Source: Clostridia bacterium (lineage in GTDB: Bacteria > Bacillota > Clostridia > Oscillospirales > CAG-272). Taken from it: a stretch of 64,000 nucleotides of DNA. A model generated the notes under the pieces. The model was not told the DNA's origin, searched no databases, and was given only the letters and a program-made list of their open reading frames with translations. Each line of letters opens with the position of its first letter. Position 1 is the first letter of the stretch. A program made the position numbers and the translations under genes. The stretch is taken from contig JAGATA010000027.1 in the NCBI GenBank assembly GCA_017621475.1, positions 1,084 through 65,083 of the forward strand. The letters run 5' to 3'. Positions 48,732-58,320 of this stretch are shown piece by piece.

Positions 48732-49946
48732 ATGAAAAAGATAACTCCCGTTCTCCTTGGGGCTGACCTGAATTGCTATAGTGTAGCACGAGCTTTTCAC
48801 GAAGCTTTCGGCGTAATTTCTTATGCTTTTGGGAAATATCCGATAGGAGAAACAGAATACAGCAAAATAATAATATTTAAAAAGATTGAAGATCTTTCGG
48901 ATGAAGATGTTATGTTGGAAACACTTATTGCATTTGCGAAGGAGCACAGTTCCGACGAGCTTTATTTGCTGGGATGTACGGATGAATATCAAGAAGAAAT
49001 AATAAAAAATCAAGATATATTAAGCAGATTTTACTTCTTTTCTTGCCCGACTCCCGAACTTTCAAGGATTCTTATGTCAAAAGAATATTTTGCACAGATT
49101 TGCAAGGAGTACGCTCTTCCACACCCCAAAACACAAATATTTCGCTTGGAAAGTGATTTTTCACTTTTGAAATCATCTTTGTTGGGTTTTGATTACCCGA
49201 TAATAATAAAACCCTCCAGTTCCGTTGAGTATTGGAAAAATCCTTTTGAGAATATGAAGAAGGTATATCTTGCAGAAAGTGAGAGTGAAGCAAAGAATAT
49301 AATATCGCGTATATATTCTTCAGGTTATGGAAATTCATTGGTGCTGCAGGAGTATATAGACGGAGCAGAAGATAATATGTACGTTTTGACAGCATACTCA
49401 GATAAAAATGCCAAAGTTCGTATGATGTGTATGGGTCATGTATTGCTCGGTGAGCATACTCCGAAAGGATTGGGAAATCACGTTGCAATACTGACGGAAT
49501 ATCACGAAGATATTATGAAAAAAATATCGGATTTTCTTGAACACATCTCTTATAAGGGCTTTTCGAATTTTGACATTAAGTTTGATGCGCGCAAAGGAAC
49601 TTTTTATATCTTTGAGATAAATCTTCGACAAGGCAGAAGTAATTATTACGTTACCGCTTCCGGAGAAAATATTGCAAAACTTATTGTAGCAGATAATAGA
49701 AATTCTTTTGAAACCGAAAAAAGTATATGTTGCAGAGAAACCTTTTGGCATACAGTTCCCAAAAAGATCATATATAATTATATCTCTAACGAAGAAACAA
49801 AACAGAAAGTAAAATCTCTTGTTTCGCAAGGAAAATCTATTTCTACGCTTTTTTATCCTTACGATATGTTTTTTAACCCGTTACGTTCTTGTTTTGTCTA
49901 TATACACAATCTTCGCTATTTTAAAAAATATAAAATATACGAATAG
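48732..49946 (+). CDS. ATP-grasp carboxylate-amine ligase, D-aspartate ligase (Asl)-like
   Basis: P.LLGADLN.Y..ARAF.EA.G, P.I.KP..S.EY, VRMMCMGH.LLGE.TP.G.GN and FEINLRQGRS resemble my recollection of the enterococcal/lactococcal D-aspartate ligase family. The gene is adjacent to an Asp racemase and murE. Confidence 0.55.
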   Translation: MKKITPVLLGADLNCYSVARAFHEAFGVISYAFGKYPIGETEYSKIIIFKKIEDLSDEDVMLETLIAFAKEHSSDELYLLGCTDEYQEEIIKNQDILSRFYFFSCPTPELSRILMSKEYFAQICKEYALPHPKTQIFRLESDFSLLKSSLLGFDYPIIIKPSSSVEYWKNPFENMKKVYLAESESEAKNIISRIYSSGYGNSLVLQEYIDGAEDNMYVLTAYSDKNAKVRMMCMGHVLLGEHTPKGLGNHVAILTEYHEDIMKKISDFLEHISYKGFSNFDIKFDARKGTFYIFEINLRQGRSNYYVTASGENIAKLIVADNRNSFETEKSICCRETFWHTVPKKIIYNYISNEETKQKVKSLVSQGKSISTLFYPYDMFFNPLRSCFVYIHNLRYFKKYKIYE

Positions 49947-49954
49947 GGCTCTGT

Positions 49955-50674
49955 ATGATAAAAAAAGTTCTTGGGGTGCTTGGCGGCATGGGACCTGCTG
50001 CCAGCGCCCGATTTTATTCAATGCTTACAAACTTTACAAAAGCGGAATGTGATCAAAATCATATGGAGATATTGCTCCATAGTTTGCCATCCATTCCTGA
50101 TAGAACAGCATTTATTTTAAAACAGAGTGCAGATGACCCGTTTGAGCGTATCAAGACGGCGCTGGAAAAACTTGAAAACGCGGGAGCTGAAATTATAGCT
50201 GTTCCCTGCAATACGGCAGAATATTTTTATAGTAAATTGCAAAGTATAATTTCCGTACCGATATTGTCTATTACAAAAGCGGCAGTGCTTTCCGCTTATG
50301 AAGCGGGCTTTTCCAAGGTTGGAATACTTGCAACCGAAGGAACGATATATGCAGGAACTTATCAAAAGGCTTGCAATATTTACGGTTTACAATATGATTT
50401 GCCGTCAGATTCGGAGCAAGATCTATTGAATGATATGATCTATAAATATATAAAAAGATCTCTGCCGGTTCCGTATTTATGCGTTTTAAGATTGTTACAA
50501 GAATTTGGCGAACATGGTTGTGATGCATATATTCTCGGATGTACGGAGCTCTCGTTTATTTCTAATGCTTTAAAACAGAAAAATTATAAATTTATAGATT
50601 CACTTGAAGCGCTTGCGCTTCAAAGTATAAAAGCTTGCGGCTATGAGGTTAATCCTCTGGCCGTAAATACATAA
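49955..50674 (+). CDS. Aspartate/glutamate-family amino acid racemase (aspartate racemase-like)
   Basis: LG.LGGMGP.AS, the first catalytic Cys in AVPCNTA and the second in ILGCTELS. Length is 239 aa. Confidence 0.8.
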   Translation: MIKKVLGVLGGMGPAASARFYSMLTNFTKAECDQNHMEILLHSLPSIPDRTAFILKQSADDPFERIKTALEKLENAGAEIIAVPCNTAEYFYSKLQSIISVPILSITKAAVLSAYEAGFSKVGILATEGTIYAGTYQKACNIYGLQYDLPSDSEQDLLNDMIYKYIKRSLPVPYLCVLRLLQEFGEHGCDAYILGCTELSFISNALKQKNYKFIDSLEALALQSIKACGYEVNPLAVNT

Positions 50675-50696
50675 ATAATATAAAACAGGAATTAAA

Positions 50697-52199
50697 ATGA
50701 AATTATTATCTTCGGTTATAAAACTAACAGAATATTCTCTTTTTTACAATAAAGATATTTATACACAAAAAGAAGTCCTTGATCTGCCTGTGGAGGATAT
50801 AGTTTATAATTCTGAATTAGCCCTTCACAACAGAATGTTTTTTTGTATAGTCGGTTCCAAAGCAGACGGCCATAATTTTGCAGAAAGTGCTTACCAAAAA
50901 GGCGCAAAAATATTTGTTTGTGAACGTGTTTTGACCTTACCTGAGGATGCGGTTCAGCTTGTTGTGGAAGACAGCAGAAAAGCGCTTGCAAAGATGTCTG
51001 CCAATTTTTTTAATCATCCGGAAAAGAAACTAAAAATTATCGGAATAACAGGAACAAAAGGCAAATCTTCCGTATGCGAAATGATAGCGCATATTTTCGA
51101 TTCTGTAAATATTCCTATAGCCACAATAGGTACAATAGGAATAAAATACGCGGGAAAAACATATACCACAGAAAATTCAACGCCCGAAAGCTATATACTT
51201 TATCGGCATTTTTCAAAAATAGTCGATTTGGGGATAGAATACGTTGCTATGGAGGTATCTTCGCAGGCAGTGTATCTGGATCGTATATACGGAGTTCATT
51301 TTGAAGCAGCTATTGTAACCAATATATATGAGGATCATATAGGTCCTTCGGAGCATCCGAATTTTGAACATTACAAATCTTGCAAAAAAAGAATACTCCA
51401 TTCTTCGGAACGAATATTTTTAAATGCCGACGATGCATATTACCCCGAATTTACAAAGTCTTCAAAGCGTGATATAAAGAGCTTCGGAATAGAAAAAAAT
51501 GCGGATATATCTGCTCAAAATATTGAAGTTTTTAAAGCGGGAAACATTTTTGGTGTATCATTCGAGTGTATATTTTATGATAAAAACATAAATGTAACTC
51601 TTCCCATCCCCGGCAACTTTTCCGTATATAATGCTCTGGCTGCAATTTCAGTATGTAATTCTTTTGGTATAAGTGTTTTTGATTGTGTGCATGCCCTTGA
51701 AACCGTAAGAATCAGAGGAAGGTTTGAGATCGTTCCGATATCTCTTACAGATATAACCTGTATTATAGATTATGCGCACAATGGAAAAAGCCTTATGAGA
51801 GTTTTGGAAACTATAAAAAATTACAGACCCAAACGTATAATTTGTGTTTTTGGCTCTGTTGGAGGAAGAACGAAGAGCCGTCGTAAAGAAATGGCTCTTG
51901 CCGCAAATGCACTTGCAGATATTTGTATTGTAACAAGCGATAATCCCGACAGCGAAGATCCGTCCGAGATAATTGGAGATATTGCGCAATATATATATCC
52001 CGAAAAATGTTATTGCGAGATAGACCGCGAAAAAGCAATATATTACGCTTTAAGAACCGCAGAACCGGGAGATTTTGTTTTATTTGCTGGAAAGGGTCAC
52101 GAGGAATATCAACTTATAAATGGAGAAAAAACATTTTTTTCTGAAAAAGAGATCATAAGACAAGCTTCATTGCAAATTGAAAGCGAAGTTCTGATCTGA
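50697..52199 (+). CDS. murE: UDP-N-acetylmuramoyl-L-alanyl-D-glutamate--diamino acid ligase (MurE), non-DAP type
   Basis: GITGTKGKSS P-loop, MEVSSQA, IDYAHN. The fourth-motif position reads DNPD (51939-51950) rather than the DNPR seen in meso-DAP-adding MurE. Confidence 0.88.
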   Translation: MKLLSSVIKLTEYSLFYNKDIYTQKEVLDLPVEDIVYNSELALHNRMFFCIVGSKADGHNFAESAYQKGAKIFVCERVLTLPEDAVQLVVEDSRKALAKMSANFFNHPEKKLKIIGITGTKGKSSVCEMIAHIFDSVNIPIATIGTIGIKYAGKTYTTENSTPESYILYRHFSKIVDLGIEYVAMEVSSQAVYLDRIYGVHFEAAIVTNIYEDHIGPSEHPNFEHYKSCKKRILHSSERIFLNADDAYYPEFTKSSKRDIKSFGIEKNADISAQNIEVFKAGNIFGVSFECIFYDKNINVTLPIPGNFSVYNALAAISVCNSFGISVFDCVHALETVRIRGRFEIVPISLTDITCIIDYAHNGKSLMRVLETIKNYRPKRIICVFGSVGGRTKSRRKEMALAANALADICIVTSDNPDSEDPSEIIGDIAQYIYPEKCYCEIDREKAIYYALRTAEPGDFVLFAGKGHEEYQLINGEKTFFSEKEIIRQASLQIESEVLI

Positions 52200-52201
52200 T
52201 T

Positions 52202-52248
52202 AAAAAGAATGCGGTATATCTTTTTTGAGATATACCGCATTCTTTTTA
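52202..52248. terminator. Bidirectional terminator between murE and the ABC genes
   Basis: AAAAGAATGCGGTATATC-TTTTTTGA-GATATACCGCATTCTTTT perfect 18-bp stem. Confidence 0.9.
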
Positions 52249-52270
52249 CATAACAATGAATAATTTTAAA

Positions 52271-53083
52271 TTATACTAAACTGGATTTTCTCAAAACTAT
52301 GTTGCTTATTGCACCAAGTCCGAAAGCGAATAAAAGACCTCCGCCAAGACATAAAAGAACATTGATGGCAGTGGATGCCAAAGGTGTAATCATTGAAACA
52401 GTCATAAAGAGGAGCATTCCTCCACCAAGAGACCCGCAAACAGCAAGCCAAGTCTTTTGTTTTGCCGCAACGCTTATCAATGTAAAGACCGACACGAAAA
52501 CCGGCATCAAAAATATTTTTGCAAGTATGCACATTACGATATTTGCCGCTGTCAAGCCGCCTACCAATTCAAATGATAATCCGGATACTGCGCCGCCAAG
52601 CAATGCACCTATAAGGTAGGCAAGCAGCATAAGCGCTCCGCATATAAAGCCTGAAAGTGTCTTTGAAATAACGTAATCGCTCTTTTTTACACGGACTGTA
52701 AAGAGATTTTTTGCATACCCGCTTCTGAATTCATCCGAGATGAACAGGCATACAAATACCGCTATTCCCATAAACGCCATATTTATGTTACACATCGACA
52801 TAACATCCATACCGCCCATAGCTTCCCCGCCGGGCAGAGTGCCTATAGATTGCCAAGTGTTTTCAGGACCTTGCATTACGGTTTCCTTCCCTGTTTGAGG
52901 ATCTACGGAAACGGAGCCGTCCATCATAGTCATCATAACCGTCATAACAATGGGTATTAGGAGCGAGCAAGCAATAAGAATATAAAAAAGACGAGATTTA
53001 AACATTCTTCTGAAATCTACTTTAAGCATGCTTTTAATGCGTTTTCCGCTGCTGTTATGCTCAAATTTTACTGTTTTTTCCAT
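52271..53083 (-). CDS. ABC-2-type transporter permease (copy 2)
   Basis: Six TM helices with a large first external loop. It is paralogous to the 54000-54842 product (shared KRIK.ML.VDF.R.F...LFYI and D.F.SGY.K.LFT...KK.DY.ISK). Confidence 0.8.
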   Translation of the reverse strand: MEKTVKFEHNSSGKRIKSMLKVDFRRMFKSRLFYILIACSLLIPIVMTVMMTMMDGSVSVDPQTGKETVMQGPENTWQSIGTLPGGEAMGGMDVMSMCNINMAFMGIAVFVCLFISDEFRSGYAKNLFTVRVKKSDYVISKTLSGFICGALMLLAYLIGALLGGAVSGLSFELVGGLTAANIVMCILAKIFLMPVFVSVFTLISVAAKQKTWLAVCGSLGGGMLLFMTVSMITPLASTAINVLLCLGGGLLFAFGLGAISNIVLRKSSLV

Positions 53084-53084
53084 A

Positions 53085-53984
53085 TTACTTGACCTCTTTC
53101 ATCAGATCGATATAATATTCTTCAAGTCCTATCTTATCTGTTTTGATCTCAGTAACGCAGATGGCGTTTTGATAAAGATATTCAACAATCTGTTCCGGAG
53201 TGGTCTTATCGTAAATGTGAATATAACCCGCTTCATCTTCTTCCAAGCGAGAATATTTAGAGGAAAGAAGCATTTTGCTTTTGCTCATTTTTTCTGCTTT
53301 GAGTGCAATATATGTGCGGCAACTTGCATCAAGTTCCTCTGCGGTCATTTCGCATATCATTTTTCCGTGGCGGATAATACCGTAAAGGGTTGCAACTTTT
53401 TGAAGCTCGCCGAGCAAATGTGATGATACCAATATGCTACGCTTTCCGTCACTGATGATGTCATTAAAAACTTCGCGCATAATTCTCATTCCGTCGGCAT
53501 CCAGCCCATTCAGTGGCTCGTCAAGTACCAGTAATGTAGGATTTCCGAGCAAAGCCATCGCAATACCTACTCTCTGTTTCATTCCGAGTGAGCAATTTTT
53601 GTACTTGTTTCCGGCGGCACCTTCCATACGAACCATTTTTAGAATCTTGATAACCTCTTTTTCAGCATTAGGAATACTCAAATTTGCCGCTTGAAGCAAC
53701 ATATTATCCCAAACTGTAAGACCGGGAAAACACCCGGGAGATTCGATCAGTACTCCTACCTTTGCTCGTACATCTATATCCGAATGATCTTTACCGTAAA
53801 GCTTTATAGAACCGCCGCTTGTAGGAATAAGACCGCATATCATTTTTTCTGTGGTTGATTTTCCCGACCCGTTTTCACCGATAAATCCATATATAGAACC
53901 CATCGGCACAGTCATATTCAAGCCGCACACCGCTTGCTTAGAACCAAAATTTTTTGACAGATTTTTGATTTCTATTGCATTCAT
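53085..53984 (-). CDS. ABC transporter ATP-binding protein (copy 2)
   Basis: Walker A GENGSGKST, signature SLGMKQR, Walker B LLVLDEP, and a C-terminal accessory domain of about 80 aa. Confidence 0.9.
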   Translation of the reverse strand: MNAIEIKNLSKNFGSKQAVCGLNMTVPMGSIYGFIGENGSGKSTTEKMICGLIPTSGGSIKLYGKDHSDIDVRAKVGVLIESPGCFPGLTVWDNMLLQAANLSIPNAEKEVIKILKMVRMEGAAGNKYKNCSLGMKQRVGIAMALLGNPTLLVLDEPLNGLDADGMRIMREVFNDIISDGKRSILVSSHLLGELQKVATLYGIIRHGKMICEMTAEELDASCRTYIALKAEKMSKSKMLLSSKYSRLEEDEAGYIHIYDKTTPEQIVEYLYQNAICVTEIKTDKIGLEEYYIDLMKEVK

Positions 53985-53999
53985 TTTTACTGTCTCCCT

Positions 54000-54842
54000 T
54001 CAATATACATCACTCTTAGAAAGTATTTTTGTCCCGAGAAAGTTGTAGAACACCGTCCACGCTACAGAAACAACAATACAAACAATCAACGTGCCAATGT
54101 TACTTGTAAGGCAAGCATTGACGGACGAGCCGTACAGGAAAATATTCAAAAATCCTGTCGGGAGGAACAAGCTTTCAACAATTGCCGCAGCACCGATAAT
54201 GAGAATACCCGTTCCGAAAAAGAAAGAGGAGGCAATGGAGATTCCGAAATACTTTCTGAAAATCACGTTGAGGAACGTGTAAAGGCTTGCCCATCCAAGA
54301 CTCATAATCATTTTTCCAAGAACCGCAATGATCAAAGAACCGATTTTTACATCTGTTTCATAACCGGCAAGCAAACCGCCGACAGTTCCCCCGATAAAGT
54401 ATGTTATGCACATACAAGCCATAGCAAAAGCACATACCAGGCTTTTGGAAATCATATAGTCCTGCTTTTTTGCGTGTGTAGTAAAGAGTTGTTTTACATA
54501 ACCGCTCTTATAATCGTGGCCGATAAAGATAGACACCATAATGCCGCCAAATATGAAGACCATATTCATATTAGCATAGTCCCCGATAGTACGAATAACA
54601 TATAGCGCTTCGGATGCGGCAATGATCTGCCATACGTTAGAGTACAGAGGCTCCATCGTGTCGCCGCTTTGGTCGGGCATCATCGTCATAGCAGATACCA
54701 TCGCGGGAATAATTGCCGCAATAGCAAGGAATATATAAAACAGCGGGGTATGGAAAAGGCGATAAAAATCCACACCAAGCATCCCTTTGATTCTCTTTGC
54801 AAATGTTGGTGATTCAAATGTTAATTCTTCTTTTCTTGTCAT
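54000..54842 (-). CDS. ABC-2-type transporter permease (copy 1)
   Basis: Six TM helices. Paralogue of the 52271-53083 product. Confidence 0.8.
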   Translation of the reverse strand: MTRKEELTFESPTFAKRIKGMLGVDFYRLFHTPLFYIFLAIAAIIPAMVSAMTMMPDQSGDTMEPLYSNVWQIIAASEALYVIRTIGDYANMNMVFIFGGIMVSIFIGHDYKSGYVKQLFTTHAKKQDYMISKSLVCAFAMACMCITYFIGGTVGGLLAGYETDVKIGSLIIAVLGKMIMSLGWASLYTFLNVIFRKYFGISIASSFFFGTGILIIGAAAIVESLFLPTGFLNIFLYGSSVNACLTSNIGTLIVCIVVSVAWTVFYNFLGTKILSKSDVY

Positions 54843-54843
54843 T

Positions 54844-55758
54844 TTACTCTTCCCCTTTTTGCGACATCAGCTCGATATAATATTCCTCAAGCCCTATCTT
54901 ATTTTTCTTGATTTCGCTTATAATATGGCCGTTTTTCATTAAGAAATCTACAATTTCAGCGGTGTTATCGATGTCATAAATTCGGATATATTCATCCTCT
55001 TCCGTTACCGTATTATATTTTCTTTTTAAGGCGGCTTTTGCTCCATTCATATCTTTGGTTTTAAGCGATATGAAAACTTGTGAACGGTTGTCCATTTCCT
55101 CTGCCGAAAGCTCCATGATCATTTTGCCCTGACGGATTATTCCATAATGCGTTGCGATTTTTTCAAGTTCGCCAAGAATGTGTGAAGAAATCAGAACGGT
55201 ACAGCCGTATTTCTGCGTAATATCGATCAAAATCTCGCGCATAATTCTCATCCCATCTGTATCAAGACCGTTGATTGGCTCATCAAGTATCAAGAGCGCA
55301 GGATCCCCAAGCAAAGCCATCGCTATACCGATGCGTTGCTTCATACCGAGCGAGCAATTTTTGAATTTAAGGTGAGCATTTTCTGACATACGCACTATTT
55401 CAAGAACTCGTTTTATTTCCTCGTCCGGATTTTTAAGACCTAAGTTTATAGTTTGCATACGAAGATTTTGATATACGCTTGAATTCGGGAAGCATCCTGC
55501 ATTTTCTATAAGCGCACCCACCCTTATACGAACACCGGGATCGGTGTAATCTTTACCAAAAAGCTTTATCTCTCCTGCATCGGGAACAAGGTGTCCGCAG
55601 ATGAGCTTTTCCGTGGTCGATTTTCCTGAACCGTTTTCTCCGATAAAGCCGTATATTGCGCCTCTGGGTACTGTCATATTGAGGTGATCTACCGCATACA
55701 TTCCGCGAAAGCTTTTTGAAAGGTTTTTTATTTCAATAGCGTTTATTTGCATCCCCAT
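54844..55758 (-). CDS. ABC transporter ATP-binding protein (copy 1)
   Basis: Walker A GENGSGKST, SLGMKQR, LLILDEP. By eye it is roughly half identical to the 53085-53984 product along its full length. Confidence 0.9.
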   Translation of the reverse strand: MGMQINAIEIKNLSKSFRGMYAVDHLNMTVPRGAIYGFIGENGSGKSTTEKLICGHLVPDAGEIKLFGKDYTDPGVRIRVGALIENAGCFPNSSVYQNLRMQTINLGLKNPDEEIKRVLEIVRMSENAHLKFKNCSLGMKQRIGIAMALLGDPALLILDEPINGLDTDGMRIMREILIDITQKYGCTVLISSHILGELEKIATHYGIIRQGKMIMELSAEEMDNRSQVFISLKTKDMNGAKAALKRKYNTVTEEDEYIRIYDIDNTAEIVDFLMKNGHIISEIKKNKIGLEEYYIELMSQKGEE

Positions 55759-55811
55759 TGTATTTTCTCCTAAACTTTTATATTGAATATCTTCGCTAAA
55801 CTGATTTTATT

Positions 55812-56039
55812 TTACTTGTTTTCACTATCTTTGCCGGAAAGTCTCTTTTTTGCGTTCTCTACGGATTCGCCTTCTTTTGCAAAAAGAACTTCAACACACT
55901 TATCGGATACTTTATTAAAGCCCTCAACAACACCTTCTTCAATTTTTTTGTAGCCTTCAACTACGCCTGTTTCTATCTTTTTGTAACCCTCTGTAACTTT
56001 CTGTGCGATTTTTTCATTTGTTTCTGCTATTTTAGACAT
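55812..56039 (-). CDS. Small charged protein with three 11-residue repeats
   Basis: 75 aa with VTEGYKKIETG / VVEGYKKIEEG / VVEGFNKVSDK. GGAG RBS. It lies 53 nt upstream of the ABC genes on the same strand. Confidence 0.5.
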   Translation of the reverse strand: MSKIAETNEKIAQKVTEGYKKIETGVVEGYKKIEEGVVEGFNKVSDKCVEVLFAKEGESVENAKKRLSGKDSENK

Positions 56040-56134
56040 TTTTATAATCTCCTTTTTATTTTTATGAGTATATTATACATACTATATGTTTTTAATTTTT
56101 TAGTAAAATGTTTGTGTTTTGTTAATCCTTGTTT

Positions 56135-56506
56135 TTAACGGTTCATAATTTCATCTGACAATCGCAAAATTTCCGGAACAAGTTCTGCCTTTGTCTTTTT
56201 TGAAATGCGTTTGTATATGGGATAAGCTGTAATCATAATGATCGCACCTAACATACAAAACAGAACCGAAAATAGATCTGTTCCGCTGAACACATCAAGT
56301 CCAAAGCACATTCCGATTCCGAATATAAGGCATCCGAATATACCTATGCAAAGACTTTCCGTTACCCCGGAATTTTGCACACGGGAATCAAGTCTTTTGA
56401 GTTTTTCAAATTTACTCTCCTCACGAGGCATATATTTTTTTCTTATGTTTTCGACTTCCTTATTTCTGGCAGCCGAATAATTATAGGTGAAATTTTCGTT
56501 TTCCAT
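56135..56506 (-). CDS. Hypothetical two-TM membrane protein
   Basis: 123 aa with a charged N-terminus, two hydrophobic helices (SLCIGIFGCLIFGIGMCFGL; LFSVLFCMLGAIIMITAYPIY) and a charged C-terminus. Confidence 0.5.
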   Translation of the reverse strand: MENENFTYNYSAARNKEVENIRKKYMPREESKFEKLKRLDSRVQNSGVTESLCIGIFGCLIFGIGMCFGLDVFSGTDLFSVLFCMLGAIIMITAYPIYKRISKKTKAELVPEILRLSDEIMNR

Positions 56507-56604
56507 GTTTTCCTGCTTTCCTGATCTTTTTATGATGTTATTTTATGAATTAAATTTTTGTGTTTTGCTTATAAAATGTTTAAGAAATGTTATAAAAGTG
56601 TTTT

Positions 56605-58170
56605 TTATAGCATTGGCGCAAAAATTCTGATTACCGAACGGATAAATCGTGTAATAAATCCGGTTTTCAACATATCGGTTGTGATTTCTGTTGATTTTGA
56701 CAAGGTGTTATCAATATCGGATTTGATGCTTTGAATTGAATCACATTTATACATCCATACGCCATTTTCAAAATGATGTACAAGACTGCGATAATCAAGA
56801 TTTATTGTGCCTATCATAGCATACTCATCGTCTGAAATATAACTCTTGGCGTGAATGAATCCCGGAGTATATTCGTATATTTTAACTCCGGCTTTTATTA
56901 AACGTTCATAAAAGCTTTTTGTCATCTGAAACACAAGCTTTTTGTCGGGAATATGTGGAACAATAATACGCACGTCCACTCCGCGCAAAGCTGCATTTTC
57001 AATGCTTTGACAGAGATCGTTATCTATGATAAGATAAGGAGTTGTCATATACATATAACGTGTTGCACTGTTCAACATATTTTGGATCACACTTTTTCCG
57101 ACTCTTCTGTCGTAAAGGGGGTATGGTCCGTCTCCAAAAGGAATTATGTAGCCGTTATCTTTTATTTCGTTAAATGTTGGATAAAATTCTAACAGTTCTT
57201 TAGGTAATTGTTTTACATTGATGCCATAATCGCAAAGGAATAGCCTTGTCAGCTCCCATACTGCCTCGCCTTCCAATCGGATGGCGGTATCTTTCCAATG
57301 ACCGAAGCGTATGGTCTCATTTATATATTCATCGGCTATATTAACGCCGCCTGTATAGCCTATCTTTCCGTCGATCACCAAAATCTTGCGATGACTGCGA
57401 TTATTGAATTCGCTGTCCGCGTTACCTTTCAGACGTGAAAAAGGCGTTGCTTCTATTCCGTAACTTTTAAGGGTCTTGTGATAATTTCCCGGTAGTGTAC
57501 TCATACATCCTATATCATCATAAAGGACACGGACAGTAACGCCGGAGGATGCTTTTTTCTTTAAAACGTTCAAAATCGAGTTCCAAAACTTGCCGTCTTC
57601 GATGATAAAATATTCCATAAAAATGAACTTTTCGGCATTTTCAAGATCCGGTATCATTTGCTCGAACATCTCTTCTCCAAGCGAAAAATATTTTTGTTTA
57701 GTGTTTGTGAAAAGGCGCGAGCCTGAAATTTTGCTAAGAAGCTTTGCTTGAGAAGCTACAGTCGGATTTTCATTTATTAGATTTTCTTCCGCTTTTGAGC
57801 TTTCTTTATTGTAATTATAGCATTTCAATTCACTTAAACGGCGAATAAATTTTTTTTGCAGTTTTCGAGAATAGAACATAAAGTACAGCATAAATCCTGC
57901 TATCGGAATTATTAAAACAAAAAGAAGCCACGGTACTTTATAATCCGGATTATCGTCGGAGGCTATGATTTTTATCACGCAGAAAATTTCGGTTAACCAG
58001 GCCGCAATGTAAAAATACGGTATATAATAACAACAGGCTATAACAATGCCTATTACCGCCAAAACTTCAAGAATAGTTATAAATATAGCTGTGATGTATC
58101 TAAAGGGAATGTAGTTATATTCACGTTCTACCATTTCTTTGCCGGTATGCACTTTATATGTTTTTTTCAT
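56605..58170 (-). CDS. cls: Cardiolipin synthase
   Basis: Two N-terminal TM helices and two PLD HKD motifs (HRKILVIDG...GG.N; HAKSYISDD...GT.N). The ATG at 58170 lies 5 nt after GGAGG. Confidence 0.92.
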   Translation of the reverse strand: MKKTYKVHTGKEMVEREYNYIPFRYITAIFITILEVLAVIGIVIACCYYIPYFYIAAWLTEIFCVIKIIASDDNPDYKVPWLLFVLIIPIAGFMLYFMFYSRKLQKKFIRRLSELKCYNYNKESSKAEENLINENPTVASQAKLLSKISGSRLFTNTKQKYFSLGEEMFEQMIPDLENAEKFIFMEYFIIEDGKFWNSILNVLKKKASSGVTVRVLYDDIGCMSTLPGNYHKTLKSYGIEATPFSRLKGNADSEFNNRSHRKILVIDGKIGYTGGVNIADEYINETIRFGHWKDTAIRLEGEAVWELTRLFLCDYGINVKQLPKELLEFYPTFNEIKDNGYIIPFGDGPYPLYDRRVGKSVIQNMLNSATRYMYMTTPYLIIDNDLCQSIENAALRGVDVRIIVPHIPDKKLVFQMTKSFYERLIKAGVKIYEYTPGFIHAKSYISDDEYAMIGTINLDYRSLVHHFENGVWMYKCDSIQSIKSDIDNTLSKSTEITTDMLKTGFITRFIRSVIRIFAPML

Positions 58171-58270
58171 AAATACCTCCAAAAGAAGCTTTCAATCTTA
58201 TATTAAATTTTATTATCCTTTTGTTTTAGGATAATTTGTATTTTGTTTATATTTTGTTAAAGTTAAACCA

Positions 58271-58309
58271 AAAAAGTACGAGAAACACAATAAAGTGCTC
58301 TCGTACTTG
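58271..58309 (-). terminator. Rho-independent terminator after the E2-like acyltransferase gene
   Basis: On the minus strand, AAGTACGAGA-GCACTTTATTGTGTT-TCTCGTACTT is followed by TTTTTGG. Confidence 0.7.
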
Positions 58310-58320
58310 AAAATTTTATA

